This document shows positions 1 through 9,467 of a stretch of DNA of 64,000 nt, piece by piece (positions within the stretch are counted from its first letter, which is position 1; each line of letters starts with the position of its first letter). The translations under genes were made by a program, and so were the position numbers. The DNA is from Gemmatimonas sp. Its GTDB lineage: Bacteria > Gemmatimonadota > Gemmatimonadetes > Gemmatimonadales > Gemmatimonadaceae. The stretch covers positions 4,096,001 to 4,160,000 of the forward strand of contig OZ257156.1 in NCBI GenBank assembly GCA_965279375.1, written 5' to 3'. The notes below the pieces were generated by a model. The model searched no databases and was not told where the DNA came from. It saw only the letters and a list, made by a program, of their open reading frames with translations.

Positions 1-159
1 GACCTGCGTCTCTCATCCAGCTTCCGATCCCGCGCACGCGTGAAGCGATGTGACCGGCGGGTCGGTCTACGAATTCCTGCCCAGCTTCAACCGCCGCATG
101 GTCCGAAAACCGGTGCGGAAGGGAACCCGAAAATGGGCAAGACCTGAATCGTAGACGAC

Positions 160-903
160 TTAGGCCACTTCGGCAAGGGCCGCATGCACGGCCGCCATCG
201 CTTCGGACGGCTCTGCCGCCCCCGTCACCGCTCGGCCAAGGATCAGCCAGCGCGCCCCCGCCGCCGCCGCGGCCTGCGGGGTCATCACCCGCCGCTGGTC
301 GTGCGCGTCTCCGCCGGCCAGCCGAATCCCGGGAATCAGGAGCCCCAGCGAGTCGCCGTAGGCCGCCCGCACCGCTGCCGCCTCGTGCCCCGAACAGACG
401 ATGCCCGCTGCCGCGCCGGAGCGCGCCAGCCCAGCCAGCCGCAGCACCTCTGTCTCCACGGTGACGCTCGACCGCCCCCAGGCTTCCTCCACACCCGCCG
501 CATCCAGGCTGGTCAGGATCGTGACGCCGAGGATTCCGCAGGCACCGGAGCCCCCTGCCCCCTCGTTGGCGCCCTCGACGGCTGCCCGGATCATCTCCGT
601 GCCCCCTGAGGCATGCACGGTCAGCAACGACGCCCCATGGCGCGCCACCGCCCGCGCTGCGCTACGCACGGTATTGGGGATGTCGTGGAGCTTGAGATCG
701 ACAAAGACCTGCTTGCCCTCGTCGCGCAGCCACGCCACGATCGCCGGCCCCTCCGCCGAAAAGAGCTCGAGCCCGACCTTGTAGAATCCGCAGTGCGCGC
801 CGAGCTGCTGTACGATCGCTCGTGCGCTGGCTGCATCGGGGACATCGAGCGCCACGATGGGGGTGGCGGTGCCTATCAGGGCGTGAGCTGGGGATGCGAT
901 CAT
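160..903 (-). CDS. pyrF: orotidine-5'-phosphate decarboxylase
   Basis: IVALD, YKVGLEL, DLKLHDIPNTV (DxKxxDIxxT), TVHA, PGIR, DQRR, GRAV motifs; ATG at 903 overlaps the pyrD stop (ATGA). Confidence 0.96.
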   Translation of the reverse strand: MIASPAHALIGTATPIVALDVPDAASARAIVQQLGAHCGFYKVGLELFSAEGPAIVAWLRDEGKQVFVDLKLHDIPNTVRSAARAVARHGASLLTVHASGGTEMIRAAVEGANEGAGGSGACGILGVTILTSLDAAGVEEAWGRSSVTVETEVLRLAGLARSGAAAGIVCSGHEAAAVRAAYGDSLGLLIPGIRLAGGDAHDQRRVMTPQAAAAAGARWLILGRAVTGAAEPSEAMAAVHAALAEVA

Positions 904-1850
904 GCAGGCCACTCCAATGTGCCGATGAGGGAGGTCAGGTCGCGGACACCATGCGCGCTGGCCCACGCCGCCAGCCCGCGTGCGATACGCTCCGGTGCCC
1001 GCGGGTCGCGCAGCGCAGCCGTCCCGACGCCCACCAACGTGGCGCCGGCCATCAGGTACTGGACTGCATCGTTGGCGGTCGACACGCCGCCCAAGCCAAT
1101 GAGCGGGACACCGGGCAGCGCCTTCCCCACGCGCCATGTCGCCAACAGCCCGAACGGCAGCAGTGCGGGTCCACTGACTCCGCCGGTGCCGAAGCCGATC
1201 TTCGGCCGGCGACGCTCGGTATCCACCACCAACCCGGGCATCGTGTTCACCAGCGTGAGTCCGTCCGCGCCGGCATCCACGGCCACACGCGCCGCGTCCA
1301 CCACGCCGGCGCCGAGCGTCGGCGAGAGCTTGACGAAAATGGGGCGCTTGGTCACCGCGCGCGCCGCCTTCACCAATGCCGCGAGCGCGACGGGATCCGC
1401 ACCGAACTCCATGCCGCCGGCCTTCACGTTTGGGCAGCTCACGTTGAGCTCGAACGCGTCCACGCCGCGCTCGCCATCGAGCCCGCGTACCACGGTCTCG
1501 AACTCTTCCACACTGTAGCCCACCACGTTCACGATCACCCGCGTGCCCGGACATGATTGCGCCAGCCACGGCATCGACTCGGCGCGCACCTCGTCGAGCC
1601 CGGGGTTGGCCAGCCCGATCGCGTTGATCATCCCGCCCGCGAACTCGCTGACGCGGAGCGGCTTGGCGCCCTTCCGCGGCTCGACGCTCACCGCCTTGGT
1701 GGCGATACCGCCCAGCGCCGTCAGATCGAGTACGTCGTCCACTTCGCGTCCGAAGCCGGCGGTGCCGGCGGCCAGCACGATCGGATTGCGAAACGTCAGC
1801 CCGGCGGCCGTTGTGGTCATCGCGGAGACACTCGTCGTGGAACTGCTCAT
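900..1850 (-). CDS. pyrD: dihydroorotate dehydrogenase, family 1 catalytic subunit
   Basis: NPIVLAAGT, MINAIGLAN, ELNVSCPN (catalytic Cys), VKLSP, LVNT, GGVSGP motifs; adjacent to pyrF. Confidence 0.95.
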   Translation of the reverse strand: MSSSTTSVSAMTTTAAGLTFRNPIVLAAGTAGFGREVDDVLDLTALGGIATKAVSVEPRKGAKPLRVSEFAGGMINAIGLANPGLDEVRAESMPWLAQSCPGTRVIVNVVGYSVEEFETVVRGLDGERGVDAFELNVSCPNVKAGGMEFGADPVALAALVKAARAVTKRPIFVKLSPTLGAGVVDAARVAVDAGADGLTLVNTMPGLVVDTERRRPKIGFGTGGVSGPALLPFGLLATWRVGKALPGVPLIGLGGVSTANDAVQYLMAGATLVGVGTAALRDPRAPERIARGLAAWASAHGVRDLTSLIGTLEWPA

Positions 1851-2650
1851 CAGGGCGTGCCTCCGACCTTCCGTTCGTACTGAGCGAGGTACGCTACCAC
1901 CGCGTCGGCCAGCGAGTTCGCGAGTTCACGCTGTTTGTCCGCGTCGGTCATGTACGCAGAATCGGCGCGGTTGGAACCGAAGCCCACTTCCACAAGCACC
2001 GCCGGCATGAATGCGGTCACGAGCACGCGAAATCCCGCCTGCTTCACGCCGCGATTCGTGCCGGGATGCACCTTGGCCACGGCACGCTGCATCAACTGCG
2101 CGAGCTGTGCCGACTCGCGCAAATGCTCGTTCTGCGCCATGTCGCGGATGATGAAGCCGAGCGGATCGTCACGCGACGCGTCGACGCTGGTTTCGAAGCG
2201 AATGGATTCATTTTCCATCGCTTCCACGCGCCGTTCGTCTTCCGTCTTGGCTTCGGCGAGAAAATACGTCTCGAAGCCACGCGCACTGCCCGGATCACGC
2301 CAGCGTGGATTGGCCGCGTTCACATGCACGGATACGAACAGGTCACCCTTCGCCTGATTGGCGATGCGCCCGCGATCGGACAGCGCGATCAGCGTGTCGC
2401 GGCTGCGCGTCATCACCACTTTCACGTCGCGCGCTTCGAGCGCGGTGCGCAACGCCTTGGCCACCGCGAGCGTGACGTCCTTCTCCTTCACCTTCTTCGG
2501 GACGCCGATCGGCCCCTGCATGCCGTTGTCCGGACCACCGTGTCCGGCATCCACCACAACGACACGTTGCCGCTGCATCACACGAACGGGCGATGGCACA
2601 GGCGTCGTCGCAGCGCTGAGCTGCAGCGCGAAAAAGACCGAGGCGAACAT
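1850..2650 (-). CDS. N-acetylmuramoyl-L-alanine amidase (Amidase_3), catalytic domain with signal peptide
   Basis: VVDAGHGG, EKDVTL, MTR, FVSVHVN, AVLVEVGF zinc/catalytic motifs. Confidence 0.92.
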   Translation of the reverse strand: MFASVFFALQLSAATTPVPSPVRVMQRQRVVVVDAGHGGPDNGMQGPIGVPKKVKEKDVTLAVAKALRTALEARDVKVVMTRSRDTLIALSDRGRIANQAKGDLFVSVHVNAANPRWRDPGSARGFETYFLAEAKTEDERRVEAMENESIRFETSVDASRDDPLGFIIRDMAQNEHLRESAQLAQLMQRAVAKVHPGTNRGVKQAGFRVLVTAFMPAVLVEVGFGSNRADSAYMTDADKQRELANSLADAVVAYLAQYERKVGGTP

Positions 2651-2655
2651 CGCGA

Positions 2656-3123
2656 TCAGCGCGACCGGAGCGCGCGCGCGATCTCGCGCTGCGCGTCCTT
2701 CTTTTTCAAATCCTCGCGCTTGTCGTGCTGCTGCTTGCCCTTCACCAGCGCGAGCGTTGCCTTCACTCGGCCGTTCTTGAAGTACAAGTCCAGCGGGACG
2801 AGCGTGAGCCCTTGGCGTTCCACCGCGCCGATCATGCGGCGAATCTCACGCCGATGCATGAGGAGCTTGCGCGTGCGGGTGGGTTCGTGATTGAACGAGT
2901 TTCCCCGTTCGTACGATCCGATGTGCAGGTTGAGCAGATACACTTCGCCCTCCTTCACCACGCCGAACGAGTCGGTGAGGTTGGCCCGACCTTCCCGCAA
3001 CGCCTTCACCTCGGTCCCGGTGAGCACAATGCCCGTCTCCCAGGTATCGAGGATCGCGTAGTCGTGTCGCGCACGCTTGTTCCGCGCGATCACCTCAGTC
3101 GTTTCTTCGTCGTCTTTGGCCAT
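2656..3123 (-). CDS. smpB: SsrA-binding protein
   Basis: NKRARHDY, GIVLTGTEVKALR, NHEPTRTRKLLMH, KGK..HDKRE. Confidence 0.98.
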   Translation of the reverse strand: MAKDDEETTEVIARNKRARHDYAILDTWETGIVLTGTEVKALREGRANLTDSFGVVKEGEVYLLNLHIGSYERGNSFNHEPTRTRKLLMHRREIRRMIGAVERQGLTLVPLDLYFKNGRVKATLALVKGKQQHDKREDLKKKDAQREIARALRSR

Positions 3124-3170
3124 TCCTCGGGGAAGTTAGCGCGAAGTCGTGACTTCGCGCAGTCTGTGCG

Positions 3171-3200
3171 TTGACTTCTTTGTGGCGTATCGCCTATTCT
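3171..3200 (+). promoter_or_regulatory. putative sigma70 promoter of tRNA-Leu
   Basis: TTGACT (3171-3176), 18-bp spacer, TATTCT (3195-3200), 48 nt upstream of the tRNA. Confidence 0.5.
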
Positions 3201-3248
3201 TCCCGACCCTGAGAGTATCTGCTAGACGGCGCTCGCGCCGGATAGTTC

Positions 3249-3332
3249 GCCGGAGTGGTGGAATTGGTAGACGCGCTGCGTTCAGGGCGCAGTGGGCGAT
3301 AGCCCGTGCGAGTTCGAGTCTCGCCTCTGGCA
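3249..3332 (+). tRNA. tRNA-Leu (CAG)
   Basis: Acceptor GCCGGAG/CTCTGGC, D-arm GTGGAATTGGTAGAC, anticodon arm CTGCG-TT-CAG-GG-CGCAG, long variable arm GGGC-GATA-GCCC, GTTCGAGTC T-loop; CCA not encoded. Confidence 0.96.
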
Positions 3333-3485
3333 CTACCTCGTAGCACGACAGCTGTGACGAATTGAACGACCAGGATGCCTCGGCATGCTGGTCGTTCGTC
3401 GTTTGTACCCCATCGTGATCCGGCCAGCTCACCCGCGCCGCGGCCGCCGTGCGGTGCGCCGGCTCAATGGCGAATTCGGTTGCGA

Positions 3486-4019
3486 TCAGCTGCGAATGGC
3501 GGAGGGGCGGACATCGTCGGGGAGCGAGGCGCTGCCGAAGACCGCGCGCAACGCCTCGTTGGCCTTGGCCCGGATGCCCTGGACGCACTGCGTGGCCCGC
3601 GAGATCTGCTCGGCCGTGGGCGTCGCCAGTCCGGCCCCGCCCAACAGCACTTTCGCCAGGCGCATCGCCGGCGCTTCGACGACGCCGCGGACCGCCAGCG
3701 CGTCGGTGTAGCCCCGAAACCGTACGGGCCACAGCGCGGCCGACTCCGCATCTCGGCGAGACTCCTCGTCGGTAACGGCCATGAGCTCATGGGCGACATC
3801 GGACGCGGTTTGATCGTCGAGCGCGTCTCGTTCCGCCGAAATCAACGCCAGCGCCCGACGGGCGAAGGCCAGTTCACGCTCAGCCACGGGGGCACTGCCG
3901 CACAGCGCGCTCAGCCACTGGAGATCGGCGGGGTCGCTCGTGGGCAACAAGGCGTGCAGATAGCTGGCCGCACGCCGCCGCCGTTCCCGAGTCGCACGCC
4001 AATCGCCGAGCATCCCCAT
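3486..4019 (-). CDS. hypothetical protein (helical, Ala/Arg-rich)
   Basis: ATG 7 nt after the Rrf2 stop; protein-like composition; no recognised motif. Confidence 0.75.
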   Translation of the reverse strand: MGMLGDWRATRERRRRAASYLHALLPTSDPADLQWLSALCGSAPVAERELAFARRALALISAERDALDDQTASDVAHELMAVTDEESRRDAESAALWPVRFRGYTDALAVRGVVEAPAMRLAKVLLGGAGLATPTAEQISRATQCVQGIRAKANEALRAVFGSASLPDDVRPSAIRS

Positions 4020-4026
4020 CAGGTCG

Positions 4027-4524
4027 TCAGCTCTGCAAAATGGGAAGCGCGCCCGCGCGCGGCGGCACATCGGCGACGAAGGGCGGCAAACCCACTCGTT
4101 CACGAACCACACTCTCGCCCTCGAGCAGGTCGCTCAAGCGCACGCCATCGAGGACCTCATCGATCTTGCGCTGGAGCATCTGCCAGACCGGACGAATGCT
4201 GCACGTTTCGGCATCGCCGCAGCGTGAGGAATCGACGGGGTGCGTGACGCAGTGCAGGTCGAACGTGGTCAGCTCCGATGCCTGAATGACATCGCGCACC
4301 GTGATCGCGTCGGAGCTTCTCGCCAGCGCGTATCCGCCGCGCGCACCGCGCGTACTGTTGACGATTCCTGCGCGTCGCATGCGAAGCAGGATTTGCTCCA
4401 CGTAGTCGCCAGGCAGCTTCTCACGAGCAGCGATGTCGCGACCCGTGACGGGTCCATCCTCGATCCGGCGCGCGAGATGCAACGCGCAGATCAAACCATA
4501 CTCGGCCCAAGTCGTGATGCGCAT
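4027..4524 (-). CDS. Rrf2-family transcriptional regulator, IscR-like (three Cys)
   Basis: MRITTWAEYG, YVEQILLRMRRAGIVNSTRGARGGY, and HC-x9-C-x5-C cluster-type cysteines. Confidence 0.92.
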   Translation of the reverse strand: MRITTWAEYGLICALHLARRIEDGPVTGRDIAAREKLPGDYVEQILLRMRRAGIVNSTRGARGGYALARSSDAITVRDVIQASELTTFDLHCVTHPVDSSRCGDAETCSIRPVWQMLQRKIDEVLDGVRLSDLLEGESVVRERVGLPPFVADVPPRAGALPILQS

Positions 4525-4701
4525 AGGAGAGAGTCTATGGGAGCGGAAGGGAAGCGACAAGCACCGTCCACAAGATGGCGTACGCGTTCCACGCGGCCAG
4601 AGGCGCGCCCTGACAGGCGACACGGCTTTGGTCATCCGTTCCCTGACGGTGCCCTGCCCTCACCGTCGCTTGCAAGCCGATGGTCGCCGTGCGGTTTCCG
4701 A

Positions 4702-6126
4702 TCAGCCGCCGGCGACGGCCGGGTGCTTCCCCTCGGGCACACCGATCTCCGTCATGCGACGCAGGTCGAGCACGCCGTCGATCTCGTCGGCGGGCAGCAG
4801 CTGCTCGCGCGTAACGAGCTCGCGTATGAGCACCCCTTCCTGCACGGAGCGTTTGGATAGTGCGGCAGCAGCGGCGTAGCCGATCTGCGGCATGAGGGCC
4901 GTGGCCAGCGCCGCGGACCGTTCCACCCAGTACGCGCACACCTCCCGATTGGCGGCGATGCCCGAGACGCAACGGGTGGCGAGCACGGCGATCGCATTGG
5001 TCAGGATCTGCATCGCGAACAGCACGTTGTGCGCGATGACGGGCATCATCACGTTGAGCTCGAGCTGGCCATGCTCCGCCGCCACGCCGACGGTGGCGTC
5101 ACAGCCGATCACCTGAAAGCAGACCTGATTGACCATCTCCGGGATGGACGGATTGATCTTCCCCGGCATGATCGAGGAGCCCGGCTGCACCGCCGGCAGC
5201 GTGATCTCATCGAGGCCGGTACGCGGCCCGGACACCATCAGGCGCAGATCGCTCGCGATCTTGGACAGGTCGATCGCCAATCCGCGGAGCGCGGACGAGA
5301 ACGCGGCCGCGTCGCCCATGCTCTGCATGAGCTGAATGCGGTTCGTACCAACACGCAGCGTCGTGATGCCTGAGATCTCGCGCAGCTGCGCGACCATCAG
5401 CGCCGGGTACGCCGCTTCCACGGTGACGCCGGTGCCCACCGCCGAGCCGCCGATGCCCAAGTCGTTGAGATACTCCGCAGCATCGAGCAGACGGCGCCGA
5501 CATCTCTCGATCGTGCCGGCGTACGCCACGAACTCCTGGCCGAGCCGAATCGGCATCGCGTCCTGCAGATGCGTCCGCCCCGCCTTCACGATGTCATCGA
5601 ACTCCGCGCCCTTCGAAGCGAGCGCATCGCGCAGCTGATCCACCGACGCGAGCAGCGATGGCAACTGCCGCAGCACTGCCAACCGGATGTTGGTGGGGAT
5701 GGTGTCGTTGGTGCTCTGCGCCATGTTCACATGATCGTTCGGATGCACGGGCGCGTAGCTGCCGCGCGGCGCGCCGAGGAGTTCGTTGGCGCGATTGGCC
5801 AGCACCTCGTTGACGTTCATGTTGTGCGACGTGCCCGCCCCGGCCTGATACGGGTCCACGACGAACTGATCGAGATGCTGGCCGTCGAGCACCTCGTCGG
5901 CGGCAGCGACGATGGCGTCGGCGCGTCGCGCGTCGAGGCGGCCGGTCGTCTTGTGCGTGAGCGCTGCGGCCTTCTTGATCCACACCTGCGCGATCACGAA
6001 CGGTTCAAGTGGACGCAATCCGCTGATCGGGAAGTTCTGGACGGCGCGCATGGTCTGCACGCCGTACAACGCGTCGGCGGGGACAGCGAGTTCGCCCAGC
6101 GGATCACGCTCGATGCGTGTCGTCAT
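4702..6126 (-). CDS. aspartate ammonia-lyase / class II fumarate hydratase family
   Basis: YGVQTMRA, QAGAGTSHNMNVNE, HPNDHVNMAQSTND, GRTHLQDA, GSSIMPGKINP; AspA vs FumC not resolved by eye. Confidence 0.9.
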   Translation of the reverse strand: MTTRIERDPLGELAVPADALYGVQTMRAVQNFPISGLRPLEPFVIAQVWIKKAAALTHKTTGRLDARRADAIVAAADEVLDGQHLDQFVVDPYQAGAGTSHNMNVNEVLANRANELLGAPRGSYAPVHPNDHVNMAQSTNDTIPTNIRLAVLRQLPSLLASVDQLRDALASKGAEFDDIVKAGRTHLQDAMPIRLGQEFVAYAGTIERCRRRLLDAAEYLNDLGIGGSAVGTGVTVEAAYPALMVAQLREISGITTLRVGTNRIQLMQSMGDAAAFSSALRGLAIDLSKIASDLRLMVSGPRTGLDEITLPAVQPGSSIMPGKINPSIPEMVNQVCFQVIGCDATVGVAAEHGQLELNVMMPVIAHNVLFAMQILTNAIAVLATRCVSGIAANREVCAYWVERSAALATALMPQIGYAAAAALSKRSVQEGVLIRELVTREQLLPADEIDGVLDLRRMTEIGVPEGKHPAVAGG

Positions 6127-6175
6127 GATGACTGGCCCGGCTGGCGCGCGCGAGCGCGCGTGAACCTGTAGTGCC

Positions 6176-6988
6176 TTACGGGAACTTGACGATCGTATCC
6201 AGCGATGACGCGATGTGGAGCACGGTGCGCGCGTCGATCTGTTGCTCGCGCGTGCGCCAACGTGTGATCTGCAACGAGCGCGACGCCGCCGGAGCAGCAA
6301 GGAACGTCGTCAGTGCGCTGGATGGGATGTCGTAGCTGCCATCATCGCGCACCGTGCAGAAGATCTGCTCGTTGGCGAGCGTGGCCGATGCCGTTGTGGA
6401 ATAGCGCAACGAGAGCAGCACAGCCGTCGTGGTGTCACTCGACGCGTTCCAGCGCACCGCCAGCGGCGTCCCGAACGCCGGAATGGTCACCGCGCTCGGC
6501 AGTACCGGTTCGGCCAGCGGCACGTTGATTGTGGCAGCCGGAAAGACACCCGTGGCCCCGGGAATTTGAATGACCGCGACCTCACCCGCGTTGTACGTAA
6601 TCGGAGTCGTGGTGGCGTTGGCGTAGCGCAGCAGTGCGTCGCTGAACGCCAGCGACGTCGCCGTGATGCCCACGTTCAACGTGAGCTGGTCGCCTGCTTT
6701 GCTGACGCCCTTGGTGACGGTGCTCGTCGTGTCGTACGCGGCAAAGGCGCATGCATCGGTGCGCTGCAGCGCGCTGTTGGGCACCGCGACGGTGAACGCC
6801 TCGAAGAAGATGCCGGTGGCGTTGGCGGACGCGCGCGTCGCCGAGGTGCTGCGAGCCGTGATGTTGACGGCACCGTAGCGATTCGAGGTCTGGTTGGACT
6901 CGGTGATCTTGGTGCACGCCGCGAGCGTGCTCGTCAGGAGCGCCAGCGCGGCTGCCTGCCGACGGACGCGTGAGAGCTGGACCATCAT
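6176..6988 (-). CDS. hypothetical lipoprotein (Thr/Ala-rich, beta-strand-like)
   Basis: Basic N-terminus, hydrophobic stretch, LAAC lipobox; ATGA overlap with upstream gene. Confidence 0.8.
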   Translation of the reverse strand: MMVQLSRVRRQAAALALLTSTLAACTKITESNQTSNRYGAVNITARSTSATRASANATGIFFEAFTVAVPNSALQRTDACAFAAYDTTSTVTKGVSKAGDQLTLNVGITATSLAFSDALLRYANATTTPITYNAGEVAVIQIPGATGVFPAATINVPLAEPVLPSAVTIPAFGTPLAVRWNASSDTTTAVLLSLRYSTTASATLANEQIFCTVRDDGSYDIPSSALTTFLAAPAASRSLQITRWRTREQQIDARTVLHIASSLDTIVKFP

Positions 6989-7623
6989 GACCTGCCGATG
7001 AATGGGGGAGCCAGAAACGGATTCGTGGCGATCTCCTGCCCGATCTCGGTATAACCCCCGTGCCCCGGCAATACCCGAGTCTCCGGTGGCAACGTGGTCA
7101 TGCGAATCAGCGACCGCTTCATCGCCGCAGCATCGCAGAACGGCAAGTCGGTTCGGCCGATCGACCCTTCAAACAGGAGATCGCCCGAAACGCAGAGGCC
7201 CTCGCCAACGAACGCGACGTGTCCCGGCGCGTGCCCCGGAAGGTGCCACACGGTGAACGACATCGCACCGCAGCGCATGACGTCGCCCTCGGCCAGTGCG
7301 TGGTCGTGAGGCGGCGGCGTCTCGACGGAGAGGCCGAACCGCTGCGCCGCCATTGCCGCGTTCTGGTACAACGGCACATCTGCGTCATGCAGATACACCG
7401 GCACATCGTGCAGCCGTTTGATGGCCGCCACGGCACCCACATGATCGAAGTGCGCGTGCGTCAACCAGATCGCGCGTAACGCGCAGCCCGTCTCGGCCAC
7501 GGCGGCGAGCAGTCGCGGCGCCTCGTCCCCCGGATCGACCAGCACGGCCTCGCCGGCCGCTTCATCAGCGAGCAGCCAGCAGTTCTCTCCGAGCGGACCG
7601 ACCGTGAGCTGCTCGACGATCAC
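6985..7623 (-). CDS. MBL-fold metallo-hydrolase (glyoxalase II/YcbL-like)
   Basis: THAHFDH, PGHAPGH, SGDLLF.GSIGRTD, PGHG. Confidence 0.93.
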   Translation of the reverse strand: MIVEQLTVGPLGENCWLLADEAAGEAVLVDPGDEAPRLLAAVAETGCALRAIWLTHAHFDHVGAVAAIKRLHDVPVYLHDADVPLYQNAAMAAQRFGLSVETPPPHDHALAEGDVMRCGAMSFTVWHLPGHAPGHVAFVGEGLCVSGDLLFEGSIGRTDLPFCDAAAMKRSLIRMTTLPPETRVLPGHGGYTEIGQEIATNPFLAPPFIGRS

Positions 7624-8651
7624 CGGTCGATCTCGTCAGGCGTCGTGGGGACCGGCCCTTCAGCCGTTTCGAGCACCGGCGATTCACCGATCCCGTGATG
7701 CGCGAGCCATCGTTCGGCTTCAAGCGCAGCCATGCATCCGGTGCCCGCCGAGGTGATCGCCTGACGGTAGTAGTCATCGATCACGTCGCCAGCGGCATAC
7801 ACGCCCGGCACCGACGTCTGCGTGCGCCACGGCGTGACCTTGATGTAACCGTGGTCGGTGAGGTCGAGCTGCCCCTCGAGGAACGAGGTGTTGGGCTTGT
7901 GCCCGATCGCGACGAACAAGCCGCCCACCTCGATCGTGCTGCGCTTGCCGTTGTGCGTGTCGGCGAGCGTCAGACCGGTGATGAAGTCATCGCCCTGCAC
8001 ATCCACCACCTGCGTGTTCCAGAGCACGCGAATCTTCGGATGCGCGAGCACACGATTGGCCATCACCTTGGACGCGCGAAAGCTGTCGCGCCGGTGAATG
8101 ATCACCACCTCGGAGGCGAACTTGGTGAGGTACGTGGCTTCCTCCATCGCCGTGTCGCCACCGCCGATGACGGCGAGGACTTTGTTGCGATAGAACGGCA
8201 TCGCGCCGTCGCACACGGCGCACGCCGACACACCGCCGCCGCTCTTGGCGAGCCGCAGTTCGTTGTCGAGGCCAAGCCACGTGGCCGCAGCACCCGTCGC
8301 GACGACGACCGTGTGCGCGGTGATCGGCTCGCTGTAGTTGGGCGTGATGATAAACGGCTTGTTGGCGAGGTCCACGCGCTTGACCAGCTCGGAAACGACG
8401 CGCGTGCCATGATGCACCGCCTGCGCCCGCATCCGATCCATCAGATCAGGTCCGCTGATCGCCTCGGGGAAGCCCGGGAAATTCTCGATGTCGGTGGTCA
8501 GCATGAGCTGACCGCCGGGCAACTCGGTTCCGACCGGCTCTCCCTCGAACACGATCGGCTTGAGGTTCGCGCGCGACGCGTAGATGGCCGCCGTCCATGC
8601 TGCGGGACCAGAGCCGATGATGACGATGCTTTCGGTGTGCGAAGCGGACAT
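7620..8651 (-). CDS. trxB: thioredoxin reductase
   Basis: IGSGPA, GGQL, ENFPGF, SACAVCDG, GGGDTAMEEA, HRRD.FRAS, GDV, YRQAITSAGTG. Confidence 0.97.
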   Translation of the reverse strand: MSASHTESIVIIGSGPAAWTAAIYASRANLKPIVFEGEPVGTELPGGQLMLTTDIENFPGFPEAISGPDLMDRMRAQAVHHGTRVVSELVKRVDLANKPFIITPNYSEPITAHTVVVATGAAATWLGLDNELRLAKSGGGVSACAVCDGAMPFYRNKVLAVIGGGDTAMEEATYLTKFASEVVIIHRRDSFRASKVMANRVLAHPKIRVLWNTQVVDVQGDDFITGLTLADTHNGKRSTIEVGGLFVAIGHKPNTSFLEGQLDLTDHGYIKVTPWRTQTSVPGVYAAGDVIDDYYRQAITSAGTGCMAALEAERWLAHHGIGESPVLETAEGPVPTTPDEIDR

Positions 8652-8714
8652 GAGTCGGGAAGCGGTGTGAAGCGAAGACGTAAGTGATGCCGGGACGAAG
8701 TGGCGATGCGACGG

Positions 8715-9455
8715 CTACGATACTGCGAGGACGCCGAGCGCGCCGTGACAGTGGGACACGGTCCCGACGAGCGCACGCACAGGGCCAGCAGCGCCCCAGC
8801 GCGCCACCGAGTCATCGGCGCGCGCAATGGCTGCGGCATCGATCATGCCGACACCGAACGTGCGATGGCTGCAGTGGAAGATAACGGGCCCGTCGAGAGA
8901 CGGTGCGCGCTCGCCCACGTAGCGCGTCAGCGCCACCGGCATGCTCCAGTCGCGTTCGCCGCGGGTCGCCGGACAACGTGCTGGCTCGATGCAGTTCACC
9001 GGACAGGTCCAGGTCGCGAAGCTGACATAGTGTCGCCCGTCCGGCGCGGCGCGCTCCCACGGCATATCCGGCGCAGTGGTCAGCGGTTCCACGCGAACCA
9101 GTCGCTCCGGCCAGCGAGCCTGTGCGCGTTCGATGAGCCAATCGAGACAGAGATGCGGCATGAGCGGCGACGGTACCAGCGCGTCCCGCTCGAGCGCATC
9201 CGCCCCCTCAGCCAGCCAGTCGGCGAGATACGCTTGCCACGTGCTCTGCACCACGCGCAGCGGGAGCCCGTCGTACGCACCCTCCGGTGCACGATGCGCC
9301 ACGAGACACGAGGGGTTCCGGTCCACCACCACCACCTCGTCAGCGCGCAGGGCCCCGCGCGCCATCGCACGCGTGAGCTGCTGCGTGTACCACGACCCGT
9401 AGCAGCCGCCGCCAATCACGACGATTCGCCCAAACTCGAGCGGCGCGGTCAGCAT
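8715..9455 (-). CDS. hypothetical protein, N-terminal Rossmann motif and Cys/His-rich C-terminal half
   Basis: VVIGGGCYG, VVVD; C-x3-C-x5-C, HCSH, SHCHG. Confidence 0.82.
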   Translation of the reverse strand: MLTAPLEFGRIVVIGGGCYGSWYTQQLTRAMARGALRADEVVVVDRNPSCLVAHRAPEGAYDGLPLRVVQSTWQAYLADWLAEGADALERDALVPSPLMPHLCLDWLIERAQARWPERLVRVEPLTTAPDMPWERAAPDGRHYVSFATWTCPVNCIEPARCPATRGERDWSMPVALTRYVGERAPSLDGPVIFHCSHRTFGVGMIDAAAIARADDSVARWGAAGPVRALVGTVSHCHGALGVLAVS

Positions 9456-9467
9456 CGTCCTGACTGG

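Noticed and set aside
1..16. Possible start of a minus-strand gene (MRDAG...)
   Set aside because: Only five codons lie in the window, too little to support a call
160..1569. Long N-terminal extensions in the ORF track (pyrF, and similarly aspA-like, ino1, nagZ, susD, AhpE, aminotransferase) suggesting fusions
   Set aside because: Extensions overlap neighbouring genes or intergenic DNA and look non-protein-like; internal starts with stop/start coupling or RBS fit better
3124..3485. tmRNA next to smpB
   Set aside because: The structured sequence is a complete tRNA-Leu; no tmRNA ends or tag frame seen
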